Position numbers and translations under genes: made by a program. Below the pieces are notes generated by a model that was given only the letters and a program-made list of their open reading frames with translations, searched no databases and was not told where the DNA came from. From assembly GCA_904063045.1 (NCBI GenBank), contig CAJFCJ010000010.1, positions 1,488,001-1,552,000 of the forward strand: a stretch of 64,000 bases of DNA. The letters run 5' to 3'. Shown one piece after another: positions 28,390-43,241 of this stretch. Position 1 is the stretch's first letter. Each line of letters starts with the position of its first letter. Source of the stretch: Dimorphilus gyrociliatus (taxonomy: Eukaryota > Animalia > Annelida).

Positions 28390-29739
28390 CTAACATAAAG
28401 ATTCTTGTTCATCATCTACTTCAAAATTCTTATTTTGTGAGTGTATTACACTATACGTATTCCATAGACTCTTCGTTAATTCAGCAGCTAATTGTTCTGA
28501 TGTGTTATGTTTAACCATTTGAATTACGAAATTGCCGTCCTTTTTCAAAAAATTGTACATAAACTCATTCAGCTCGTGTGTTTTGTAGGAGTTACACTTT
28601 TCAATATCGGTGAATTTTAAAACTTTCAATATGGACCATATATTTGCGGATTTAATTAAAGAGCATATCCAACTTATTAACGATACTATAAAATAGGTCA
28701 CATAGTACTTTCTCATAAATAATCTTTAATTTTTAAAAGCATTCGAATTAATATAAATGGATAGGATGAATTATAAATGAGAAAGTACTAGATGTTGCTG
28801 TTACAATGAAAACAAACCAGATCCACATAACGATATATATCTTTTCATTAAGCTTGTTTGATGGTAAATCACATTGAATAATATGATTTTTAATATGCGT
28901 TTCATTAACCTGAATTTCTAGCTTACATAAAATTGTTCCCGGAAAATGATCTGATAAGAACCATCCATTACCTTTTTCCACAATATTTATTATAGTTTTA
29001 AAGCCATAGCCTTCCAAACTGCCACCAACGAAGATATTTAACAGAGTTAATTGACAGATAATGTTCATTAGATAGATTACTTTAATAACTGTATAAGATA
29101 TTAATAGTCTAGACCTGTGTAAAGTTTGAAAATAACTATTGGCAGATCTTCTATTTAAACTTCGTTGATTTAATAAAAATGATGTAATTTGTCTGGTCAT
29201 GTAATCTAATATTAATTTCCTAGAATCCGTTGACCTTTGCCTTTGGCAATCTACGGCCGAGTCTACCACAGTCGACAAGGGTAGACCCAATCTTTTACTT
29301 ACAATTCTCCACATAGGACGTGGTAAGTAGAATAGTATAGCCTGAAAGTACAGTATTACAGGTATCCATTGATAATAAGATATTTTCCTGTATGGCATTT
29401 AGATAGTAGAAAATAAGTATACTATGTACTTGAATTGTTGTATATTTACTCATTATCGTTTCCCTTGGTATAGATATCATAATAATCCGACACCTTAGGT
29501 ACTCTATAAGCTCTCCTTGACCAACAAGCTGATTTTGTATATTCAACTTGAGCATCCGTAAAATTATTTGGACACCAGCAAGATATAGCTTCCGCTATAT
29601 AATGATTTGTCGATACAATCACCGACAATGCGACCAGGAGATAAACTGTGTATTTACTATTAAGTTGATCTGTAAAATCATCTCCTCCACCCAGTCTTGA
29701 GTCGCCGAATTGCAGTACATTCGAAATCATTGTGTCCAT
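28390..29739 (-). CDS. Innexin (invertebrate gap-junction protein), divergent; about 3 exons
   Basis: DDFTDQLNSKYT, ISCWCPNNFT...YTKSACW, ISYYQWIP...QAILFYLP, FPGTILC...QCDLPSNKLNEKIY, and LKKDGNFVIQMVKHN...LW. Confidence 0.95.
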
Positions 29740-30449
29740 TTTGGTCAACTGTTTTATAAGTATAAACATAAAGCGTATAGTATATTAGAATTATATTGTA
29801 TATATATATAGTATGTAAATTTAATAATAGACGTACGATTCTTTGTTTCTAAAGCATAAAGTGTACAAATAACCAACTTTCCTTAGTAAAAAAGAATTAC
29901 CGACTTTGGCGTTAGTACTTTCATCTAACATGAATAGCTCAAGCCTGTTTGTTAAGCCTATGTAGTCTATTATGCAAGCTAAATGCCTATAAAGTTGTAT
30001 TCGAAGTGAATATCTTGGACAAAGCATATTTCACGGTTTTTATTCTGTAAAAGGTGTTTCTTATTTTAGAAGAGAAAACTTTCTAAATATATAGTCACGT
30101 GATTTTTCTGAAAACTGCGCATATTCTAGGGTTATAGAATATATTAGAAAAAGTCTTACAACCAACTAATTAGATGCAAATTTATTCATATATTAAAACT
30201 GAGTATTAATTTATTTTAATTTATATTGTAACACATGATAATTAGTCATATTAGTGTAGAATGAATTATGAATTAATATCACAAAAAGTTAAAAAAGTAT
30301 TCGAATGAGTTTGTATTCAAAATGTAGAAAAAACAAAGCGGAATAGGAAGAAGGAAGAGGGTAAGGGAGAAGGATGAAAAATAAATTGCCTTTCAAAGAA
30401 GCAACAAAAAAGATGGCACCGTTAAAAAAAAAATACTATTAATAGGCAA

Positions 30450-31305
30450 TCAGAGATCGGTTGGAGCAACATGACCAACGAGATATATATTATCGTATAG
30501 ATGTCCACAAAATTCCTCATCTATACTTGCGGCTCTCTTGGTATTTTTGATGAATTCTCTTTTAGACATTTTATTCCTGATGTGAGGGCTTGACAAATCG
30601 ACAGATAGTAGTATGAGTGAAAAGCATATAACGTATATTGCTTCTGGATTTATGTTCAAATTAGGATTGCAGGTGGAAAATCTCTTGGAAAAAGCATCGA
30701 TTAACAGGTGTAGATATTCGCCTCTGTCATTCGTAGGTCTATTCTTAGCGAAAAACTTTCGTAGAGCATTAGGAAGAAATAAATTTTTAAAATTTTCTAA
30801 GCCTATTATCTCCTAAGGAAGGAAAGAAATGATAAGTTTTATGCTTTGATTCCTTTAAAAAGTAAGGAAAAAGTACCTGTAGAACGTCAGGTCGTTTTTG
30901 TAGATAATCTCTTCTTCTTCTCCAGTGAATTTTTCTATTTCTATAGAGAAATTCGGCTATTTGACTCGGAACGTTTTCAATCAAACCATAACGAAGTAGG
31001 TAGTTAATACCATTTTCTGGATTTGCATTGAAAGTCAATGTTGCTTCGTCTAATTGCAGGAAAATTCTTTTATATTCTGATGCTTTTAGATCTCCTGTTG
31101 GACTAAATCCAAACTCCGATCTACAAACTCCTTTCCATAGAATTTGGTCGTTGGCTAAATGTTGCCAAACGCATCCCGCCAAACAGAGATCGGTTGCGTT
31201 CAAATGAGATAAAATACCGATGGCAACTTCGGGTGGAAGTTTGTCAAGATCAGTAAATTCTTGGCTTGATTCGTGTAGTCTTTTTCTTATTAAAACTTGA
31301 CCCAT
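30450..31305 (-). CDS. FBXO8: F-box only protein 8 (F-box plus Sec7-like domain)
   Basis: MGQVL start, F-box LDKLPPEVAIGILSHLNATDLCLAGCVW, LDEATLTFNANPENGINYL, and C-terminal LILLSVDLSSPHIRNKMSKREFIKN...GHLYDNIYLVGHVA. Confidence 0.95.
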
Positions 31306-32052
31306 CCGCTGATGTATCTCTAGAAAAACTTGTTCAAAATGACGTGGAGACGATTATCTATAATATTTATAAACAAGGTCAAGGACGAAGTTTATAGTTC
31401 TCGTAGTATAATACGAAAATTATTTAGGGTACTTCTGTTTAGTGAACGGATTGTGAAATACTCGAGTATGATTAAATAGAAATAATAGCTGTGTTACATT
31501 TTTTAACAAACTCGTCACTATTCTCACTAAAGATTGCAAAAGTGCTCTTTTCTAGGCCAATAGCCGGATAATTTCAACAGTTATCTACAGATATAAATAC
31601 TATTTATATTTATTCGCTTCATATTTAGATAATTTTTATATTTATTCTAATCAGATATATATTTTTTACAAATTTGAAATATTTATTCAGCTTGTATGGT
31701 GTATAGTTTAAGGATTGTTTAATAAAAATAAAGAATACAATATTTTAATAATTATTGTATAAGAATTCAATACTTTAATGAGGAATAAGTGGCAAATATT
31801 AAACAATATAAAATTTTATAAGAAGATGGGTATTTTTAAATGCTGTTAATGGGTTATATGTCACTTTACAGCATGTAGGTGCACCAATAAAGAGAATATG
31901 TATAACGAATCAGTGCGTTCCTACTCCATCCGCTGTTTAATTTAACCAAAGTAACACTATTCACCAGACGGCGCTGAATTTCATAAAGTTTATACAGGCC
32001 AATAATTAAAAAATTCCGTGAAAACTTGATCGAAAAAAACAGACCAACGCTT

Positions 32053-33044
32053 ATGAGTCTTACTATATATAAAGGATATTTGATTAAATCACCTCCTCCT
32101 AAAAAACTACCAGGACTGTTACGATTCCTACCAAAGGCTGTAAGTTCAATTTTATCAGTGATATTAACGCGTAAACATGACAGCCTATTTTACTAAATTA
32201 GTAAATTAGGTGGTAAAAACTATGAATAATTAGTTAATAACTGTCTACTAATTATAAAAAATACAGTCAAGTTGGTATTTCGTAAGCGATGTAGAGAAAT
32301 AGATTTCAGGCAGTTCCCTTTAACAAACGATATACTAATATTGTAGGAGTCTATTTCTTCTAAGGCAAGCAGCCGTAGGCGTTAATATTTTTCCAAATCG
32401 GTACGTTATCAATATTTTATTGTTTTTTTCTCTTAGCCATAAAGAAATTACAAGAATTGTTAGATTGCCAAACCAGCTGAATTTCTTCTGCTTATTAGTG
32501 TTGTTTTTTTGATTGTTAAGGCAAATTTTTGATTTTTTTCTCTTTAAAACGATTAAAAATAACCAATGATTGATTACTTAAGGATATGTTTTATTTATTA
32601 TGCTTTATTGTATTTTCCATCATTCTCTCTCTCTCTGTCTCTCTCTCTCTCTGTCTCTCTCTCTCTCTGCCTCTGTTTGATTTTTTTTTCATTTAGCACT
32701 TAGAAGGATTTGATAAAACTTAAAGATAACATATACTAGGTCTTACGAGTGTACACTTTTGCTCTTTGACCGTTTCTTATCCTAATAAAAAATTAAGTGA
32801 ACTGTAACCAACATTTTTTATACTCTTTTTTTTTTTTATTTTATTTGAACACTTTAAGAGTTCAGGTTTTAGAAGTTATATGAAAAATTAAGGTGGAGAT
32901 ATTCATCTTCATTTGGAGAAGTAAAGGAGAGAGAGAGAGAAAGGTTAGAGACACCCATAGCTAGGGAGAGATAGATAGACAAAGATAAATAGATAGATAG
33001 AGGGAGAGAGAGAGAGATAGACAGACAAAGGACAGATATACGGT

Positions 33045-33075
<31 letters not shown>

Positions 33076-35740
33076 AAAGTGAATAGACTCAAAGCCGTTT
33101 ATAAAATTCTAAGAAATATTTCCTAAAAGGTTAATTTATTCCAAGTCTCCTGTCTTTATTAATCTGGATATCTATCAATATATATATAAATAGCGATATG
33201 TGCTAAATACTATATATATATATATACTGTATATATATATATTATTTATATTTAATAATATAATAGTGGAGAGAAGAGTATGTTTTCTTTTTTTTTAAAA
33301 CTAAACCTATAACGCCCTATTTATAAAATATAACTATTTGTTTTACTAAAGAATTTAATTGAATAATTTAATGTATTTAATATTTTTCTCTTTTTTTTAT
33401 TTATTTAGCGTTGGCGGCGGCGTTTTTTCGTTTTATCTCAGTCGATTGACGGCGTTCCTCGTCTGGAATACTTCGAGGACGAAAATAGAAAGAAACTAAA
33501 GGGGAAAATAGATCTATTAAATATAGATTCAATTGATACAAAATTAGACTCGAAAACTTACGAGTAAGTTTATATATACACAAATTACATACTATATTAA
33601 CCATTAGTAAACCATCAGAGAGTAGCGAACGTTATATTCTATATACATAGTATATATCTATCTATTTATACATATATAAAGATATATATTATTCAATACG
33701 CTTTTTATTATACTGTATAATATTGTGTAGAGTTTTCAAAGTACGTCTCTTATAGTACTAAATAACGAAAGAAGGGAAAGCAAACCTTTGAAATATCTCT
33801 ATAAGAAAAAGAAAAAGGAGAGGAAAATAAGATGACATTTATTTAAGAAAAACATGAATTATGTCTTTAGATAAAATGATTCATTTCATTTCAAATTGAT
33901 TAGTTTAAGATTATTTTTATATACTTGTATAATGGAAAAATTGCTATCTTTCTCTGACGTATCTTTTCATTGTATTAGTATTATAGGTTATAATAAATTA
34001 ATATTCGGCGTATATATACCAGCTATTTTCGTTTTATAATCTATTGAAAACTCTTTTCGTGGAAGATTTAATAAGGTTAACGTTTTCAGATTATCATATT
34101 TGCGAGTGCAAATATATATTAATATCCCTATATCTTTAATATACAAAAATCTTCCATTAATCCCGCTTTTTATTTATATATTTGTATTATTTAAATAATT
34201 ACCGTCATTTTCTATAATTTTCCCATTAGATTCGTGTTTAGTCTTACTTCTACTCATCGGAATACTTCAAGAACCTATTATCTAGCTGCTTCTTCTGAAA
34301 GAGAGATGAATTCATGGGCTGATTATCTCTGTAAAATGTGTAAATGTGTTTCGGTCGATCCCGATGAGGTTGACTCCAATCCTAGGCGAAAGCATAGAAT
34401 GACAGAGAGTCCTACATTTGTTGATCTACCACCTACCAAGTCGTTCTCTCCGATTAACCCTCCAGTTTTACCTCCAGAGAACTCTGCAGATTCTTTAGAT
34501 GAAGACAATAAATTAGTCTATGACGTAATATGGCCAGCGCCTACCACCGCTCAACCAATAAATATACCACCACGAGGTGGACTGGAAAGACAAGATTCCG
34601 TGCCAACCGAACCTGCTCCACTTCCTCCTGTTAAAATGTCACCGGTGACTCCCGAACAGAATTACGAGAATATTATTCCACCCCATGATAGTGTTAACAT
34701 TGGAGATTGCAATCATAATACTGCGTCAATGCGTAATAGGTGTGTACCACCGCCCCCTCCAACAAAGATGGGCCCCAATGGATACTATAATCAAGTTTTG
34801 GATGACCAACATTATGACTTTCCTACTATGCATACCCATATTCCACCCGCTACAATCGGATTACAACAAGTCCACGCCTATGAAAACGGCTCTATGGGCT
34901 TAGTACCTCCAAAAATGCCAAAAGAACCTTCATCAGGAATTCTCAGTTGTCAAGTGCCGAAGGAGCCAGTCGATCAGAAGCTGAAATATGCAGAATTGAG
35001 TATTAGCAGCGAAGATAAAAATGATTTTCGACCAAAAGCGTTCCGCGACTTGCCCTTAAGAAACTCTAATACAAAGAGCTTTAAAAGAGAAAGGTTTCTT
35101 TTTCTTTCTTTCTTATTCTTCTTAGGATAATCTATTTATATACATTTATTTTTCATTAAGTGATATATCTATAAAAGGAAACTTTACTAAGCTAACTCTA
35201 AAATATGCAGTATAACACTTTTACATGGCGTGTTTATATCGGTCATTTCGTTATCTAATAATATATGTATATATATATCTATATATGCAGAACGGAAGAA
35301 GAAAGGATTAGATTACCGAGAAGGAAGCCTACAGAAGAATTTTCTGATGAGGAGGATAGCATTGACGATCAAGACAATTTGAATGATGAAGCTTTTTCTA
35401 ATAGAACTAAGGTAGCACTTTCAATATTAATTAATTACTATCTAATATGATTTTTTACTTAAAAAACATTCATTAGCCTAAAACGCCAACAAGTCCGTCA
35501 AGCCTTTCAAATAAAGGTATTTTCGTTCCACCTAATCATTCTGCTGCCAATGTAAGAGTTCCAGTTTCTATACAAAGTCACAAAATGATTAATTATTCGG
35601 AATTATCATTGGAATTGCCAAGCACACCAAGCAGTCCAAAGAAACCTGTACCTGCTACAGAATATAGAGAGATTGATTTCGAGAAGACGACCGCTTTAAG
35701 ATCAGTAATTACAAACAAGCCTACACAACAATCTGAATAG
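32053..35740 (+). CDS. GAB: Gab/DOS-family docking protein (N-terminal PH domain, Pro-rich region, Tyr motifs)
   Basis: PH exons YKGYLIKSPPPKK | RWRRRFFVL...LEYFED...KGKIDL | RTYYLAASSEREMNSW; Tyr motifs YENI, YDFP and LKYAEL; C-terminal INYSELSL and EYREIDFEKTTAL resembling the Gab SHP2-binding tandem. Confidence 0.88.
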
Positions 35741-37848
35741 CGAAATTTTCTTTATATATATATATATATATATATGCGTTTTATTTGTATCTTCTTTTTT
35801 ATATTAGACATATATATATATATATATATATATATGTCTAATTTATCCAGTATACTAGAAAAACATATAAAGTAATTATATATACACTTTTTTTTTATAA
35901 AAAAATGGATTCAAACTGCCCTAATACTATTATTAATTCTAAATTAATTTTAATCGAAAAAAGATACAATGAAATATGTATTTTCTTTTAATAATATTTT
36001 ATTTTTAATTATTTGTTTTTTTTTTAAAAAAACAAAAAGAATCTTTTTTTTAAATTATTAATAATTTCGAAAGTGTACGGGAAAAATAATAGGAATATTC
36101 CCGGTCTGTTCTTTTAAGAAATTAATTAATAATAGTAACAAGATGACGAAAGGGAAAAAAAAAAAAGGAAAAGAAGAAAGTATGTTAATATTCCTTCTGT
36201 ACTCTTTTTTTTTCTCTCGATATTATGGCATCGTGTGGCATTTGATTTAATGATTATAACAAGTTTAAATAAGTGATTAAAAAAAATGTTTTTGTACTGG
36301 TTTATTGCCTTTGCTCATTACACCTTAATTATTCCATGTAAAGCAAGTTATACACACTGTACATTGTATATATATAGAGTGAAAAACAGCAAAAAAAGAA
36401 ACACATACCTGTATTTCCTAATCCTTGATTCCAGACCAAAAGAAAAAAGACGAATAAAGCTAAAAAAAACCTTTAATAAAAATATTTTTATTTGTTAAAG
36501 TTTTTTTTTTATAAAAACAAAAGATGATTTTTTTATTAACATAAACAAATATTAAATAGAAAAATATATAATTTGTTTATAATTAAATTTAGCTATTAGT
36601 ACTTTGTATTGTTTGTTTAAAACTATTTAGTTAGTTAGTTAGATCCAATAGATAGAAAACCTGTTTATAAACATTGTTAATTACTGTTTCTCTTTCTATA
36701 CATCCTTTATTATTACTATAAATACTTTTTTTTATAGTTTCTATTATTGTTATTAATATTTTTTTTGTTTAAACATAAATAATCGTTTCCTCCAAATATT
36801 TTATAATAATAAACTTTTATCTTAAAGATAATTAACATAACTGATTCAAGTTTTCTTTCTTCTTTTTGTAAGCCAGACAGAAATTAGCGTCTCTTCCCGT
36901 TTTTCCCTTGAGATTGCGCAATAAATGTTATTTCAATCAAACATCTTATTTATCTGTAAAGATTGTTATAGTTGTAAAAAATTTCTTCTTGTAAGCCAAC
37001 GACATCTAGTGCTAATAACTAATTATATTAAATATTAGTGAAGATTGTTTTCTTTTCTTCTTTTTATAATTTCTATACAGTATATACAGTATACTCTGCA
37101 ATCTTCGATGGAAAGGAAGAAGATTGATAGAGTATACAGAAATTGTATAGGGTTTTTTAACAAGAATTCCCTAGGTCCTTAGGTGCGTAAATTGTCCTTA
37201 TTAATTCAGTATGAAAAGGGTGAAAGTAGCATTCTTCTCTTTATTCTTAGAATAGACTTTAGGCAATGTTTAACAAAATAAACATTGAGCATTTCGTTAT
37301 AGATTTAGAAGAGCGAATATAAAAAACGCTATACATTATATTCATTCGAATTCTACAATTACAAGAGAAAAAGTATACTTTATTCGTAAAAATGGAAAAA
37401 AAAAGATAATGTATCCAATTGTAGTATTTGTCTAAAGTCTACAAATGTTCCATCTAGTATTTCCTACTGCTTTGGCAAGATTCAATTAGAATTTCTGCAC
37501 ACAACACGATTCGGTATATAAACTTGCTTGTAAATTTATTATAGTTTTATTGATATATAAGACAGAGAATTTTAGATCGTGATCTTCTTTTCCTTTTCCA
37601 TGTTGGGCTGTTCATATAAATATGTGTTCAGAATAAGGTTATCAGGTGATTAATTTGAATATTACAAAGGATTTATCAATCTTTTTTCAGATGAAAATTA
37701 ATAGACCAAGATCATTTGAACTGTCTAGCTTAGAGAACAAAGTGGATTGACGTATAAATATACACTATAAATATATACAAAGGGAATATTTATTAGAGAA
37801 CAGGATCGATTTGCAAACCCTACTATTATATTCAAGAGTTAATATCAA

Positions 37849-38301
37849 TCACTTGACATTCTTCTCTATCCAGTCCAAATAAGGCGGATTTCCATTGTCG
37901 ATTTTAGAGCTAATAACCTCTGCAACGTCGTAAGGATGATGCTTTCTAATGTATTCGCTTATTTGATCAACCAATTCAGTTTTTGTCTTTATCATAAGTA
38001 AAAGTTCGCTATCTTTTTCTATTTTCCCTTGCCATTTATAGATAGATGTTAAACCGGGTATCACATTAACGCAAGCAGCTAGTTGCTCCTCAACTAATCC
38101 TGATCCAATCTTCTCTCCAACTTCCTTACTAGGAACAGTTACAAATGCCATAGAGTAAGTGTTTGTTGATGATGTATACGCTTGGGCCATTTTAGTAATT
38201 GTATTGAATGAAAACCTTCCAGCTGAACTAAATATAAAAAATGCGGAAACTAGAGAAAATAGGCCGATTAAAGTCGTACCTCTTGATAAGAACATGTACA
38301 A
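37849..38301 (-). CDS. CUTA: CutA divalent cation tolerance protein, single exon, N-terminal hydrophobic segment
   Basis: YSMAFVTVPSKEVGEKI...LAACVNVIPGLTSIYKWQGKIEKDSELLLMIKT...HPYDVAEVIS..I..GNPPYLDW. Confidence 0.96.
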   Translation of the reverse strand: MYMFLSRGTTLIGLFSLVSAFFIFSSAGRFSFNTITKMAQAYTSSTNTYSMAFVTVPSKEVGEKIGSGLVEEQLAACVNVIPGLTSIYKWQGKIEKDSELLLMIKTKTELVDQISEYIRKHHPYDVAEVISSKIDNGNPPYLDWIEKNVK

Positions 38302-41243
38302 TTTCTCTGATTAATTGATTTTAATATCTTTCAACTTTGCTGTTACACCTAATAATGCCTACGTGTATTGTAGGCTATTGAGCAGTATTAGAGTAGAATG
38401 ATACTAAAAAAACAATATTAGTAAAATATACATTATGCTTTCGAATTTTTAAAGATGGTTCCAATGTAAAGAAAAGCGGTAGAGATAAAAGAAATTTTCC
38501 CGCTCTTATTTTAAATATCTTCAATAAAGATTGTAAAAGTGTTTTAGTACATTTTTGGTTACTTTAGCAACAATTTATCGATCGTTGTTTGGTTCATATC
38601 GATAAATTGGATTTTTTAACAACAAGCTAAAGGAACAATTGCAACGTGTGCTACTTCCTGTTATTGCCCATTTTTAAAATATAAATCATTATAAAAAGCA
38701 ATATTCGTTCTTTTCCGTTCTTTCAATCGATCCTCAAAAGAAGAATCCCTTAATAATATTGATAATCGAAAAAGTTATTATAATTGAAAGATGGAAGAGA
38801 GAGAGAGAGAGAGAGAGAAAGAGTGAGTGAGAAATGACGCTATGTTTTGTAGTTGAACGATTGTGATAAATGCCAAAGTAGTTAAAGCCTATAAGACTGA
38901 TCAAAAACATACGTCATATACTATATATAAACAGAACAATTCGTCCTTTATTTTCTTTCCAAATATATAGATACATACTGTATATATTCAGTGTGTATAT
39001 TAATATATGTTGTATACTATTAGGGAAAATCGAATTCCCATTTCCAGTTCAAAGGGGATCAGTATTAAGAAATAAAAATATAGAGATTAGCAGAAGAGAA
39101 TTTATGGCATGCTTTGCCAAATATGATAGTTTTAGGTTTAATAAAGAAGTAAATAATTATTCAATTATTCTATTCTAAAGTTCAACTAATCTTATTCATT
39201 TTCTTCTTTTTCTTTCTTTCTTCTCTCTCTCCCTCCCTCCTCCCTCCTCTCCTTCCCTCTTCTCCCTCTAATTTTTTCCCTATTATCAATGCCTTTTGTC
39301 ATTGTACTGCACATTATAAATAAAAAGATAGACAGACTGGACATGTTGGCATAAAACGAAACATAAATGACTAAGTAGAATTCTAATATATATATATGTA
39401 TATATACAGTATATACAGTATATATATTGTATACTCTGAAAAGAAAATGGAAAAGGTTAGAGCTGTAATTGCTGCTGAAAGGTTGTTCACATACATCTTC
39501 TCTCCATGCTGCAGAGAATATGAAAAAAAAGCACTTGACAATATCACAATATAATTTTTTTAAGGGAAGGACAAATGGAAAAACAGTAAAAAATAGGCCA
39601 AGAGCAGATATTAACTGATTACTATAGAAAATTTACAGATAAACGATTATTTCTACCTACAAATTAAAAACAATCAATGTTACCTTTGTAATAGTCTATA
39701 AAATACAACCGATGATGTCATTTATATGTAATTTGTATACTTTTAAACAAACTAGACACAGATATTCTCTATATTTAGTTAATAATAATTATCTTGGATA
39801 AAATTTTTCATTACTTAAATAGGTTGATGATTGTTATTTTTTCCTATCACGTCAAGTTAAAAAATCTTCAAAAGAATTCTAATAGTTGAAAAGGTACAGC
39901 TAATTTCATCTTTTTAATCTTATTCCCTCTTCCTCTTATAACTGTTATGGTGCATGTCTCAGCTATACGTCTTCCTATTTTAATATAGCTAACAACGTAT
40001 AGAGAGATAGACGAATCTCTCTTCCACTATATCTTTTCTATATATTTTTTGTAAGTTGAATAAACTACTTAATCAGCAGTGTCCTCTTTCTCTATCTCGC
40101 TATTTTACTCAATAAATTTTATTGATTGATACGACAAAGTTATGGAAATATATCTTCTTTGAATACAAATTGGAAAATCAATGACATTTCTCTCCTTTAT
40201 ATACAATATAGAAGTACACCCATGTATATATATATATACTGTATATTTATAAATACTACGTGTACAAAAGAAAAATAGATTAGTGAATATTCGTTTATGT
40301 TTAACATAAATAGTTTGTACCTTTTTTTATTTTATTATTATCAATAAGAAATTATCACTGTTTTTCTTTAATATAGGAAATATGTATAGAGAATATTAAG
40401 GATGCATTATCTGCAGAACTGTATTGTCTTTGTGAAATCACTTCGTGCTAAGCACAAAAAAAATAAAATATAAAATAGAAATGTATAAGAATATCATGAA
40501 AAGTGGTTTTTCATATACATATACATATATAAACATACACATATATATATATATATATTTACCATTTCTATCTTCTCCTTTGTCACTTTTCTTATTAAAG
40601 CTTTTATAATAAATCCCATCCCCATCCCTCAGCCCAATTATTAAGATCTTCTAATAGTTTTCTTTCATTCTATTTTTTACTTTTAACTTATTAAAATTAC
40701 TATTTTTTTTCTTTATTTTCTTATATTAAACTTTTGCATGCAGTTTTTTTTATCAAAAAGACAATATTAATTAATTAATTAATTAATTAATTAATATTTA
40801 ATAAGATAGAAATTTCTTTCCTATTTTCTTGTTCGTTATGCTTTAAAGATATAATAAAAAAAAACAATTATTACAAATAGAAAATGTTTATAATAAAGGT
40901 ATCGTTTGGTGCAATTCTTTCATTAAAACATAAGTAAATATGTAATAATAGATATTAATATCATAAATTAATAATAATAATAATCTTTTTGCACAGTTTT
41001 TAAAACAACTGCAAAAAAGATTTAATACTTGGAAAAAGATATATTTTTTATCATCCCTATAACCTTCGAAAGAGACCCTTTTCCCTCCGAAAAAGATAGC
41101 TTTTTCTTGTCCATATTTTTTCCCTATCCCCTACCTTAATTTGTTTACTTAATTTTTTATCGGTTGCTGTTGTTTGCCGTTGTTGATGATGCTTTTGATT
41201 ATCCTATTGTGTGTTTCGGTTTTGTTTTTTTTTTTAAATATAA

Positions 41244-41274
<31 letters not shown>

Positions 41275-41390
41275 TAAAGAAATAACTTATGAAAGCTTAT
41301 TACATTTTAAAATATCCCACTCGTGTTCCTTTTATATTCTTTACAATTATTTAAATTCGTGTCTCTTTTAGTCATTATTTTTAAAAATTT

Positions 41391-43210
41391 TTATAAAGTT
41401 GATCCGATTTGTGGCAATTTCGATCTGGTGTTAAATTCGCTAGCATCTGTAGTGGCGATGATTCTCTTTCCCGAATTATTAGGTCCCAATTTAGCAGCAG
41501 ATCCGCGGACAGCTGACCTTCTAGTCTTGTCCGATAAAGACGAGGCATCGTGAGGGGGCTTTGGCAGGCGTCTTCTTAACCAATTATGCCTTAATGCTTG
41601 GGAAGGAGTCATTCTGGTTGACGGATCCCAATCTAAACATCGTTTTAGAAAATCGACGAAAAGCGGATCTTCTTGGCCTTTGAGTGCAGTCGTATAATCT
41701 TTACTACCGGGTGGACCCCTGACTTTACCCCTTCGAGACCTACCTCCCTGCAGTAAAACTGTCCCATCGGACGTCTGAGCCACCGTGCAATAACGAGGAT
41801 AGCCCTTAGAGGAGAAAAAATTCTTGCTTCTCTTTGACGTTTCAAGGAGTCGTTCAGGTGGCATACCCAATAATTCTATAATACAAGCTAATTGGTCCCC
41901 TTCATCTTCTCCCGGAAAAATTGGGTACCCTGTCAATAGTTCTGCCAAAATACAGCCAAAACTCCACATATCAATTGGCATTCCATATTTGGCTCCAAGT
42001 ATCACTTCTGGTGCTCTATAGAATCTAGACTGTATGTACGTATATATCCTTTGATGCTCATAGCAAGAGGAACCAAAATCAATGACTTTTATCCCTGATC
42101 TACCCTGTTGCTTCAATAGAATATTCTCTGGTTTTAAATCGCAATGGATTATCCTATTACGATGCAAAGCATCCAGGCATTGAAGTATTGAATGAGCGAA
42201 TTTTCTAACAAGTTGAAGAGAGAATCCTTGGAATTTGTTCTTCTTGATTAATTCGTATAAATTCATCGATAACAGTTCAAATGTTATACAAATATGATTT
42301 CGGAATGTGAAATGTTCCAGCATATGTACAACGTTCATGTTGTTATCCTTATCTTGTTTCCTCAGGTGCTCCAGAATTCTTATCTCTTCCTGAGCTTGTC
42401 TATGGAATCGCTTTTCATTCCTAACCATTTTCAGGGCAATATGTTGCTGGACTTTATGATCATAGGCCTTGACAACCTAGAAACATATATTTCCAATACA
42501 ATAAATTTCCATTAAGTAAGTAAATTTATAACTCCCCTCTCCTTACTCCCCCCCCCCCACCCTTTATCCCTATCCCATTTCTCTTCCTTTTTATTTCCCT
42601 ATCACTCTCTACTACGCTGGACGTTAGAAAAGGAAAATAGGTCACCCTAAACGTTCGTTAGTACAGTCATCTGCTCAGCCCGTCTTAATTTCTCTTAGCA
42701 TTTGTTAGATCACGTGACTATGACAATAAATTTCCTAATAATTTCCTAAACAGGTAACGGGCTGTCAGAGAAGGTTAAAACGCAGACTAAGAAATTATAA
42801 GGTATAAAATAAAATCTCTCAGTCAGTCAGTCAGTCAGTCACCTACTTACTTACTCATACTCTCTCCCCTTCATTATTTCTCCTTTTAATCAGTCAATAT
42901 AAAATATTAAACATAAGTCTTTACATATGGAATCAACTTTCTTCTATAAATAGTTGCATATATCTGGTTTTAAAATGAACTAGAACTAATAACTAATTAA
43001 CGATCTTTTACAAACGAAAGTGAAAAGAACTTATAATACAGAACAATAAGGCAGGCTAGAGGATTAAGAATTGGAATATTGATAAATCAATTGATTATGT
43101 TGTTATAAAATTAAAAGAATTTCGATTAAACGGCGTGCAGGGATCGAGGGGGTGGAGCTGTTGGAGGGGCAGAGAGGGGGAACGAGCTAGAGACTGTATA
43201 TTAAGTTTGC

Positions 43211-43241
<31 letters not shown>

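Noticed and set aside
40768-40796. Perfect (TTAA)n palindrome as a hairpin or piggyBac relic
   Set aside because: A simple tetranucleotide microsatellite with no flanking terminal inverted repeats.
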